From a virus (taxonomy: Duplodnaviria; Caudoviricetes): a stretch of 40,050 nucleotides of DNA. This document shows positions 26,498 to 33,358 of this stretch, in pieces; within the stretch, counting starts at the first letter, position 1, and every line of letters starts with the position of its first letter. The stretch is from positions 1-40,050 of the IMG/VR virus record IMGVR_UViG_3300024331_000111. One strand, given 5' to 3'. The translations under genes and the position numbers were made by a program. The notes beneath the pieces were generated by a model. That model saw only the letters and a program-made list of their open reading frames with translations, had not been told where the DNA came from and made no database searches.

Positions 26498-26806
26498 CTA
26501 GACGTTGATAACACATCCGTACAGGGTTGTCGGCGCGACTTGGTCGACCGGCACACATTTGAACGACAGGTGGTGCGAGTCGGTGGGTAGGTCGGTCCAG
26601 CGGTTACCGCCCAACGGGGTCACAACAAACTGATGTGCTGGCCAGAAGACAGGCGGGTTCTCCTCGCACGTCAAAGTTGTGTGCTGAAAGTTGCCTTGAC
26701 ACAGTATGGGATAGCTGCTCGGTCGATATGAAGCGCCCACTGGGGCAGTGAACCCAAGTCCAACAACCCCGACGAGTCCTGCGACACTAACGACGATCTT
26801 CTTCAT
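26498..26806 (-). CDS. Secreted small protein, 4 Cys (moron)
   Basis: GAAAGGGG RBS; signal peptide MKKIVVSVAGLVGVVGLGFTAPVGA. Confidence 0.8.
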   Translation of the reverse strand: MKKIVVSVAGLVGVVGLGFTAPVGASYRPSSYPILCQGNFQHTTLTCEENPPVFWPAHQFVVTPLGGNRWTDLPTDSHHLSFKCVPVDQVAPTTLYGCVINV

Positions 26807-26936
26807 GGTCGCCCCTTTCGATGGCTTCGACGATGGCGAGAGTGACGAACTCTCGCAGGGTCACACCCCGCAACGCTGCCGCTGCTTTCGCTTGGCGGTG
26901 AATGTCGTCGGGGATTTCGTAATGAATGAGACCCAC
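26787..26936 (-). CDS. Ribbon-helix-helix regulator, 49 aa
   Basis: Manual translation VGLIHYEIPDDIHRQAKAAAALRGVTLREFVTLAIVEAIERGDHEEDRR; not in ORF track. Confidence 0.8.
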   Translation of the reverse strand: MGLIHYEIPDDIHRQAKAAAALRGVTLREFVTLAIVEAIERGDHEEDRR

Positions 26937-26942
26937 ACCCAC

Positions 26943-26971
26943 AACATAGCGGACTAAGCGCGCTATGTAAA
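26943..26971 (-). promoter_or_regulatory. Promoter with overlapping inverted-repeat operator
   Basis: TTTACA-17-TATGTT; perfect inverted repeat ACATAGCG-N9-CGCTATGT at 26944-26968. Confidence 0.75.
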
Positions 26972-26984
26972 GAGGAGGAGCCTG

Positions 26985-27386
26985 ATGCCCTGGACGACAC
27001 CAACCGATCGTGCCACCGGATACGTCGTAACGGCCGTCGACTGGAACATCATCGAGGACAACCTCACGTTCCTTTACGGTGATGTCGCCTGGACGAACAT
27101 GGCTGGGTTCACGAACTCGTGGACCGCTGTGGTCTCACCGAACGTTCCCCGATACCGGCTTGTCGGGTCGCTGGTCACGATACAAGGGGCTGTTACCGGT
27201 GGCACGGTCACGACCGCGATCATCACGCTGCCGGCTGGGTACCGGCCGTCGCAGACGGTTGTGTTCGGCACATCTAATGGTGGTTCGACGTATGCGGCGA
27301 TCTCGATCACCTCAGCCGGGGTGGTCACCCAGACGGCGGGGACGAACACCAACCTGCATCTGTCCTGCACGTTCTCGACGCTGTGA
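26985..27386 (+). CDS. Minor tail/fibre tip protein
   Basis: GAGGAGGAG RBS; MPWTTP...DNLTFL; TLPAGYRPS motif. Confidence 0.8.
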   Translation: MPWTTPTDRATGYVVTAVDWNIIEDNLTFLYGDVAWTNMAGFTNSWTAVVSPNVPRYRLVGSLVTIQGAVTGGTVTTAIITLPAGYRPSQTVVFGTSNGGSTYAAISITSAGVVTQTAGTNTNLHLSCTFSTL

Positions 27387-28201
27387 CCGACCTCGCTGTC
27401 GACTATGCGTGGCAGCATCCGGCCCCGCAGGCCATCAAAACAGTCGGGTACAAGGCGGTCCTCCGGTATCTGTCACCCGACCCGACGAAGAACCTCACCG
27501 TCACCGAGACCACCGCCCTCCACGCTGTCGGGCTCGGCATCCTTCTCGTGTGGGAAGCCGGCGCACAAAGCTCGCTCGGCGGCGCGGCGCAGGGTGCCAT
27601 CGACGGTGCCGCAGCCGAAGCCTTGGCGGTGGCGCTCGGCTACCCGGCGCAGTGCCCGATCTTCGCTGCCGTCGACTTCGACGTCCAACCAGCGCAGTTC
27701 CCCACGGTTGACGCCTACTTCGCCGCGTTCGCCGCTGCCACGACCCATCCCGAGGGTGTCTACGGGTCCGCTGCTCTCCTAGCCCATGTCGCCGCCTCCG
27801 ACCGTGAGGTCAAGTTCTATTGGCAGACCGAGGCGTGGTCGGGTGTCATCGTCAGTCCCCTAGCGCACCTGTATCAGCGGGTCGGTATCACCTTGCCGGC
27901 GATCCCTGGGGCGCAAGGCATCTACGACGAGAACGTCGTCTTGAAAGTGCTCCCGTGGTGGACCGCCGCCCCGGTCCCTGTTCCGACACCAACTCCGCAA
28001 CCCAAGCCGCCAGCAAAGGACGATCTCATGTGGTATGTGTACGCGACCGCCGACAGCACCGACGGCACCATCAAAGCCAACACCCATTGGCTGCTGTGCG
28101 ACTTCCGGCACAGCGTTGTCGATGGGGCGCCAGCGATGGCCCGGTTCGGGCCGCCGTTCGGGCTGTCCGGTAACCAGATCGCCGTCTGGAAAACGGTGTA
28201 G
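27383..28201 (+). CDS. Endolysin, DUF1906/GH25-like glycoside hydrolase
   Basis: VDYAW, GYKAVLRYLS, LVWE, IFAAVDFD, GVYG, WQTEAWS; Pro-rich linker and C-terminal domain. Confidence 0.88.
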   Translation: MTDLAVDYAWQHPAPQAIKTVGYKAVLRYLSPDPTKNLTVTETTALHAVGLGILLVWEAGAQSSLGGAAQGAIDGAAAEALAVALGYPAQCPIFAAVDFDVQPAQFPTVDAYFAAFAAATTHPEGVYGSAALLAHVAASDREVKFYWQTEAWSGVIVSPLAHLYQRVGITLPAIPGAQGIYDENVVLKVLPWWTAAPVPVPTPTPQPKPPAKDDLMWYVYATADSTDGTIKANTHWLLCDFRHSVVDGAPAMARFGPPFGLSGNQIAVWKTV

Positions 28202-28208
28202 CAGTGTG

Positions 28209-28616
28209 TTAGCCGATATTGCGGCTGGGACCGATGCCGTCGTAGCGGCAATGGTGCGACCGGCACAGCCGCAGGTAGCCCTCCAGCGGTGGACCCACGA
28301 AATAGCGGCCGCGTCTGTCGCCGTCGCGGACCAGTTCGACTGGAGCGTCATGCCGAAACGCAACCTCGAGGCGCCCTTTGCACGACGTATCAGCGTGAGC
28401 GCACTCAGAGGGAAGGGCCAGGTCGGCCCGGTAGTGGACACCCGAGTAGCCAATGTCGGTGCCCTTCCATTGTCCGATAGACGGAGCGTGCCCCCTCTTA
28501 GCTGCACTCATCCTGGCTCGGGTCTCCTTGGATTTGGTGCGCCCCGTCATGGCAGCGCTGATCTTGGCCCGGGTTTCAGTGGTCCTCGATTGGCGGGGAT
28601 AAACGCCTTTCGGCAC
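28209..28616 (-). CDS. NUMOD3-containing HNH-like endonuclease
   Basis: TETRAKISAA and KSKETRARMSAAKRG NUMOD3 repeats; WKG..IGYSGVH, LCRSHHCRYD. Confidence 0.75.
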   Translation of the reverse strand: MPKGVYPRQSRTTETRAKISAAMTGRTKSKETRARMSAAKRGHAPSIGQWKGTDIGYSGVHYRADLALPSECAHADTSCKGRLEVAFRHDAPVELVRDGDRRGRYFVGPPLEGYLRLCRSHHCRYDGIGPSRNIG

Positions 28617-28633
28617 GGTTCTTATCTTATTCG

Positions 28634-29140
28634 ATGACTGAGCCGACTGGCGGGAGGCTTGACGGTGCCGGGCACGGATGGACCGCCGAAACGCTCCGCG
28701 TTCACATCCTCGATCTTCTCCAAGAGGCCGACAAACGGAACAATGAACGGTTCATCGCTTTGCGAAGCGAGATGACTTCCGCGAACAACGCCGCGAAAGA
28801 CGCGGTCGCTGCCGCCCTCACAGCCCAGAAGGAAGCGGTAGCGGCCGCTTTGTCGGCTGCGGAGAAGGCGGTGGGGGTGGCGGAGGTGAACGCGGAGAAG
28901 TGGCGGGACAACGCTAATGAGTGGCGGGGAAGCATGAACGACAGAGAATCCCGATTCGCCCAAGCTGATCTTGTCGACGCCCGGTTCGCTGCGGTCACGG
29001 AGAAGATCGACGCTCTCAGTGGTTTCATGGCAGCCCAGCAGGGCGCACGGACCGGCACGTTGGATGCTCGGGCACTGCTGTTCGGGGTCCTCGGGATAGT
29101 CGTGATCGTTGTGGCAGCACTCAGCCCGCACATCCACTGA
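28634..29140 (+). CDS. Coiled-coil protein with C-terminal TM anchor (lysis cassette)
   Basis: AAEKAV..AE...NANEWRG motif; hydrophobic C-terminus. Confidence 0.75.
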   Translation: MTEPTGGRLDGAGHGWTAETLRVHILDLLQEADKRNNERFIALRSEMTSANNAAKDAVAAALTAQKEAVAAALSAAEKAVGVAEVNAEKWRDNANEWRGSMNDRESRFAQADLVDARFAAVTEKIDALSGFMAAQQGARTGTLDARALLFGVLGIVVIVVAALSPHIH

Positions 29141-29226
29141 TGGCCTGGTTGGCGGTCGCCTGGGTGTTCGTGTTGGTCGCCGCTTTGGCAGCCACCACGC
29201 TGCTACTCATTCACATGATCGGATAG
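29140..29226 (+). CDS. Single-TM micro-protein, 28 aa
   Basis: MAWLAVAWVFVLVAALAATTLLLIHMIG; coupled TGATG and TAG-ATG. Confidence 0.55.
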   Translation: MAWLAVAWVFVLVAALAATTLLLIHMIG

Positions 29227-29595
29227 ATGGGTCGAGCGTGGACCGGGCGCACTCTGCGCCCCACCCGTATCAAACGGTACCCGTCCGATCGGGAAGCGGT
29301 CGGGTCCCACCAGGAAGGTGCCACACCGGCACGGATGAAGTTTTGGCACGGTGTCGTCGACCATGCCGCCATCCCCGCCCTGGCCGACCAGATCAGTGTC
29401 ATTCTCGAGGCGCAAGGGCAAGCGGCGATAGTCGAGATGTTGGTGATCATCGATGGGACTGTTGATCCTGAACTCGCGGCGGTGATGCGTGACCGGATGC
29501 GGCGACTGCGGCCCGTCGCTCTTTCGCCTGTTGAGAAACGTTTACTCACTCGTCGCCGCGCGTACTGGCGCAAAACACACCCGGAGGCAACATGA
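29227..29595 (+). CDS. Hypothetical protein
   Basis: Contiguous with neighbours; ATGA overlap. Confidence 0.55.
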   Translation: MGRAWTGRTLRPTRIKRYPSDREAVGSHQEGATPARMKFWHGVVDHAAIPALADQISVILEAQGQAAIVEMLVIIDGTVDPELAAVMRDRMRRLRPVALSPVEKRLLTRRRAYWRKTHPEAT

Positions 29596-29669
29596 CCGTC
29601 GGCCTACTCGTAACCATCCTGATCATCCTCGGGATCATCGCCCTCATCGTGTTTATCGTCCGGCACTAA
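29592..29669 (+). CDS. Single-TM micro-protein, 25 aa
   Basis: GGAGG RBS; MTVGLLVTILIILGIIALIVFIVRH. Confidence 0.6.
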   Translation: MTVGLLVTILIILGIIALIVFIVRH

Positions 29670-29720
29670 TGGGGTCAATGATACGGGTGCTGACACTGGT
29701 GTCGGACTATTATGGGATGG

Positions 29721-30173
29721 ATGACTAAACCTAAATACGCTACCGCCGCAGAACGCAGCATCGCCGTGTCTGCACAGGCTCGTGAACAGATGCTCCGACA
29801 ATGGGCAGCCAAACAAGATGCTCCCGGTTATAGCGGGCGTCACCGTCGCGTACGTAAGGCCCGAGGGCCAGCTAAGGGCTATCAATGCGAGGTGTGCGGT
29901 AGCCGCGTCGCTAAGGATTGGGCACAGACCCACGGCACCGACGGTTGCGATCCGATGGACTACCGACCGATGTGTCAGCAATGCCACTCTGCTTATGACG
30001 ATATTGGGGCCAAAGCTAAGGCGGCCTTATCCCACGAGCAATTAGCGGATATGGCCCGTGCACGGTGGGCTCGGTGGGATCCCGAAACGCGGTTCGCCAT
30101 CGTTGCGAAAGGACACGCTACAAGAAAGGCCAACCTTGTTGCACGGGATAGCCCAATTCTTCGGACTGACTAA
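29721..30173 (+). CDS. HNH-like zinc-binding endonuclease
   Basis: GYSGRHRRVRKARGPA..YQCEVCG...YRPMCQQCHSAYD. Confidence 0.7.
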   Translation: MTKPKYATAAERSIAVSAQAREQMLRQWAAKQDAPGYSGRHRRVRKARGPAKGYQCEVCGSRVAKDWAQTHGTDGCDPMDYRPMCQQCHSAYDDIGAKAKAALSHEQLADMARARWARWDPETRFAIVAKGHATRKANLVARDSPILRTD

Positions 30174-30444
30174 CGGGACCAGTCGCGCCTATTTATTTTG
30201 GTCGGGGATTGGATCCGATCTCGGCGAGCTAGCCATCATCGGCGGACTTGTGCAGCTGTACCGGCAGCACAACTGCCGGGAGCACCGGTGCCCACGCCTC
30301 GGACTCCACACCTACGCGGACGCCGACGGCCAAATCCACCCTGTTTGCCGCTTGCATCATCCCCTGATGGGCAAAGGGCATCACATCCACTTCGCCGAGA
30401 TGCATCGCAAGAAGGAGCGTCAATGGCCGACGACCCGCGCCTAG
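30136..30444 (+). CDS. Membrane-associated Cys/His-rich protein
   Basis: AGAAAGG RBS before TTG; YLFWSGIGSDLGE, TM segment, HNCREHRC...VCRLHH. Confidence 0.65.
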   Translation: MLHGIAQFFGLTNGTSRAYLFWSGIGSDLGELAIIGGLVQLYRQHNCREHRCPRLGLHTYADADGQIHPVCRLHHPLMGKGHHIHFAEMHRKKERQWPTTRA

Positions 30445-31022
30445 CCGCCCTCGGGCAGTTCACCCCCGAAGGTGTTCTCACACCCGGCTACGGCGACCAC
30501 TATCTGTTTCTCGTCGGCCGCGACGACTGCCACAACATCCTCCACACGCTGATCCCCAAAGAACGGTTGTTCTTCAAGTTCAACATGTTCGGCTTCGACG
30601 ATGACGAGCTCAACGCCGACATCATGGACCTATTCACCGACCCCGGGGTACGAGTCCAAGCCAGCTTGGACCGCTCCCAGGCTGCCGGGGTGCATGAGAA
30701 GAAGATCATCGCTCTCGACCAGGCCAAGGACTCCGCCGACTTCAACAACTCGTTTGTGATCCTCGAGTCGGCCACTCACCAAATCAGCCACACCAAAGGC
30801 GGGATCCTCGTCGGCCAAGGCATCGGCTTCGAAGGCTCCATGAACTGGTCTGCCTCTGGCGAAGGCACCGGGATCAGCCTCAAGGCGGACGTGAAGAACC
30901 CGGCCGGGTTCAAGGCGCAGAACAACACGCTGCTCGTGTCCACCAACCCGATCTTCCTAGCCCGGTTCACTGCCCAGCTCGACGCTGAGCATCAGATCGG
31001 GCTCAACCAAAGGAGTACCTGA
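30423..31022 (+). CDS. Phospholipase D-superfamily protein (single catalytic motif)
   Basis: AAGGAG RBS; MFGFDD, LDRSQ, HTK...GSMNWS...QNN. Confidence 0.8.
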   Translation: MADDPRLAALGQFTPEGVLTPGYGDHYLFLVGRDDCHNILHTLIPKERLFFKFNMFGFDDDELNADIMDLFTDPGVRVQASLDRSQAAGVHEKKIIALDQAKDSADFNNSFVILESATHQISHTKGGILVGQGIGFEGSMNWSASGEGTGISLKADVKNPAGFKAQNNTLLVSTNPIFLARFTAQLDAEHQIGLNQRST

Positions 31023-31024
31023 CA

Positions 31025-31228
31025 ATGCCTGCTTGGGTTCCGATCGTGTACGCCGCCGTGCTCCACGTGACAGCGGTTATCGCCCTGACCGTGCTCATCG
31101 CGATGGGGAAGCTGTCGTGGGCTGAGGGCGGCCCGATCATCGGCGCTCTCCTCGGTCTCGGGGTGGGCGTGCCGCTCACTGTCGCGGCGACGTCGAATGG
31201 GCCGCCGAAACCGGGAGGGGCCGCCTAG
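31025..31228 (+). CDS. Putative holin (two TM)
   Basis: AAGGAG RBS; two hydrophobic helices. Confidence 0.6.
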   Translation: MPAWVPIVYAAVLHVTAVIALTVLIAMGKLSWAEGGPIIGALLGLGVGVPLTVAATSNGPPKPGGAA

Positions 31229-31235
31229 TCGGCCG

Positions 31236-31664
31236 GTGCGACGGCACATAGTAGGGGCGGCCTTTACGGCCGCCCTTTTCGCGTTTCCGGCACCAGCATC
31301 AGCGATGTTCGTCGACGGTGGGCATGGGCGACTGCCGAGCCCGGCCCCTGCGCCGCTAGTCAGCCCAACGATTATCGCTGCACAGCCACCAGCCAGGGAC
31401 CAGGCCGACACCATGATAAGCGCCACTGGCGGTGTTTGGGCGTGCATCGCCCACTACGAGTCCGGCGGTAACCCAGCCGAGAACACCGGCAACGGATTCT
31501 ACGGCGCTTTCCAATTCACACTCAGCACGTGGCAGGCAGCCGGAGGCGGACCAGGGCTCCCATCCGACTATTCGTATAGCCAGCAGCTGGTCATTGCCGA
31601 GCGAGTGCAACAGATGCAGGGTTGGGGTGCTTGGCCGAACACCTCGAGGATGTGCGGGGTGTGA
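31236..31664 (+). CDS. rpf: Secreted resuscitation-promoting factor (Rpf)-like transglycosylase
   Basis: Signal peptide VRRHIVGAAFTAALFAFPAPASA; WACIAHYESGGN...NTGNGFYGAFQF..STW...QQ..IAE....QGWGAWP. Confidence 0.92.
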   Translation: MRRHIVGAAFTAALFAFPAPASAMFVDGGHGRLPSPAPAPLVSPTIIAAQPPARDQADTMISATGGVWACIAHYESGGNPAENTGNGFYGAFQFTLSTWQAAGGGPGLPSDYSYSQQLVIAERVQQMQGWGAWPNTSRMCGV

Positions 31665-31740
31665 CGGTTCACCACCGGCGGTTATCGGCGGGTTAGCCTG
31701 CTTAGTTGGGACACCCTTCGTCCCAAGTCACGGCGAGATC

Positions 31741-31783
31741 AGCCCTCCGGACCGGCTAACGGTTCGGGGGGCCTCTCTCGTTT
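31741..31783. terminator. Hairpin between convergent operons
   Basis: CCCTCCGGACCG-GCTAA-CGGTTCGGGGGG followed by a pyrimidine run. Confidence 0.55.
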
Positions 31784-31835
31784 CAGGGGCTGGTCGACGG
31801 GACCGGCGGTGGGCCGTAGCCCGCCGACCAACACC

Positions 31836-32036
31836 CTACCGCCGATAGTAGCCGTGCCCTTTATGGACACACACCACCACGAAATGCGACTCATAGATCG
31901 GGCCGCCGCTCACAACGTGCACCGTGTGGCACACATAATCCTTCGCATGCGACGATTGAGCCGTGGCCGGCGGGGCGAACCCCAACCCCACAACCCCCAT
32001 CAAGCCTGCGATACAAGCGATCATCTTCTTTTTCAT
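31836..32036 (-). CDS. Secreted His-rich mini-protein, 66 aa, 2 Cys in mature part
   Basis: GAAAGGGG RBS; signal peptide MKKKMIACIAGLMGVVGLGFAPPATA. Confidence 0.8.
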   Translation of the reverse strand: MKKKMIACIAGLMGVVGLGFAPPATAQSSHAKDYVCHTVHVVSGGPIYESHFVVVCVHKGHGYYRR

Positions 32037-32047
32037 GGTTGCCCCTT

Positions 32048-32278
32048 TCAAGGGATCCTGCGATGTACTGCCTGTTCGATCAGTGAATGGCCGAGTTCGG
32101 TCGGCACATAAAACTTGCCCGCACGCATAATCAACCCGTCCGCCTGTAACGCCTCCAACGTTTTCCAATACAACGGCCATCGGTCGCCGATCGGCTGCTC
32201 GGCGTTGTAGTTCGACCGGCAAGCCAACCCGCGCGCCTTCGCGAGTAGAACCAGCGTGCGGACCTGTTGCGGTGTCAT
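32048..32278 (-). CDS. Small winged-helix-like protein
   Basis: MTPQQVRTL...TLEALQADGLI...PTELG pattern; GATACT-N7-ATG. Confidence 0.6.
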   Translation of the reverse strand: MTPQQVRTLVLLAKARGLACRSNYNAEQPIGDRWPLYWKTLEALQADGLIMRAGKFYVPTELGHSLIEQAVHRRIP

Positions 32279-32326
32279 GGTTTCGAGTATCACGCGTCGT
32301 GGGATCACGCTCGGTGTCTAGTCCAG

Positions 32327-32644
32327 TCACGCGGCGTGGGCGTAGTACCGATATCTGTGAATTCGGGTACCGCTACGAGCCTGTCGGGCTTTTGGGAGTG
32401 GGGGAGGGGCGACGGAGTCGGCGATCAACCATGTCTCGTCGACATCGCACAGACGTGCCCAGTCGACTAGGTCACGCCATTTGGGTTGGGACTCGTCACG
32501 GAGATAGCGGCTGATCTGTGAGGGTGAGGTTTCGAGGGCGCTTGCCATTTCTTCGGCAGTAAATCCTTTCCAGGCGAGGGCTCGGCGCAAGCGCCATCCC
32601 AGCGTCCAGGGAGGGACCCCGACCTCCTGATGCACTGTGGTCAT
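32327..32644 (-). CDS. Immunity repressor (XRE HTH) with ssrA-like C-terminus
   Basis: WTLGWRLRRAL...EEMASALETSPSQISRY...VDETWL; ends YYAHAA; divergent from Cro-like gene. Confidence 0.88.
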   Translation of the reverse strand: MTTVHQEVGVPPWTLGWRLRRALAWKGFTAEEMASALETSPSQISRYLRDESQPKWRDLVDWARLCDVDETWLIADSVAPPPLPKARQARSGTRIHRYRYYAHAA

Positions 32645-32651
32645 GCGGGGG

Positions 32652-32681
32652 AGTATCCCACGGATGGCGAAGCTTCGTCAA
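32652..32681 (-). promoter_or_regulatory. Repressor promoter (leaderless)
   Basis: TTGACG-18-GATACT-7-ATG. Confidence 0.65.
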
Positions 32682-32738
32682 GGGTTGTCCACAGGTTGTC
32701 CCCTTTGTCCCGACACGGCAGAAATCCCAAGACGGTAC

Positions 32739-32767
32739 TTGACTATGGTTGGCCACGGCACCAAGAT
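32739..32767 (+). promoter_or_regulatory. Early rightward promoter (leaderless)
   Basis: TTGACT-17-CAAGAT-7-ATG. Confidence 0.6.
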
Positions 32768-32774
32768 GGGCGCA

Positions 32775-32969
32775 ATGCCAGACCACGGGCTCCTAACCAC
32801 CGCCGAGACCGCCGCACTGCTCGGCAAAAGCGTCCGCACCATCGCACGCCTCGCAGGCAACGGCGCACTCCCTTACGAACACAAGACACCCGGCAAGCGG
32901 GGCCAATACCTGTTCCGCCGCAAAGTGATCGAACGGATCGCTGGAACTAACGGCAAGGCCAGTTCGTGA
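32775..32969 (+). CDS. Cro/excisionase-like HTH_17 (MerR-like) protein
   Basis: LLTTAETAALLGKSVRTIARLA..G.LP....PGKRGQYLF. Confidence 0.85.
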   Translation: MPDHGLLTTAETAALLGKSVRTIARLAGNGALPYEHKTPGKRGQYLFRRKVIERIAGTNGKASS

Positions 32970-33358
32970 CCGGCGACTGCGTCGAGTGGGGCGGCACGGT
33001 TAACAACACCGGGTACGGAATCGTGTTCGTGAGAACACCAACCGGGATTAGGACGACCACGACGGCCACGCGGTTTCTGTGGGCGCAAGCGCACGGCCCG
33101 ATTCCTGACGGATTGCAGATCGACCATCTGTGCCGGAATCGGCGATGCGTGAACCTTGATCACCTCGAGTTGGTGACCCGCCTCGAGAACGTCCGCCGAG
33201 CGCCGTGGACTCAGATCACGCACTGTCTGCGAGGCCACCCGTTCGAGGGCGACAACTTGGTAATTCAGATGTCGAGGCGTGGCACACCGATGCGGAAGTG
33301 CCGTACCTGCGACAAGATCCGCCGGGCGGAATATCAGGCTCGTAGGCGGGCGTCATGA
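32966..33358 (+). CDS. HNH endonuclease
   Basis: CVEW.G...GYG; GPIPDGLQIDHLCRNRRCVNLDHLE; THCLRGH...CRTC. Confidence 0.92.
   Translation: MTGDCVEWGGTVNNTGYGIVFVRTPTGIRTTTTATRFLWAQAHGPIPDGLQIDHLCRNRRCVNLDHLELVTRLENVRRAPWTQITHCLRGHPFEGDNLVIQMSRRGTPMRKCRTCDKIRRAEYQARRRAS

Noticed and set aside
26803-27003. 66-aa minus-strand ORF in the track
   Set aside because: Another frame gives a convincing RHH protein with a matching promoter
31836-32330. 164-aa ORF as listed in the track
   Set aside because: RBS and signal peptide place the true start at 32036; the upstream part overlaps the 32048-32278 gene
32327-32430. tRNA-derived attP core inside the repressor 3' end
   Set aside because: No T-loop (GTTCGA-like) tRNA 3'-half sequence recognisable on either strand
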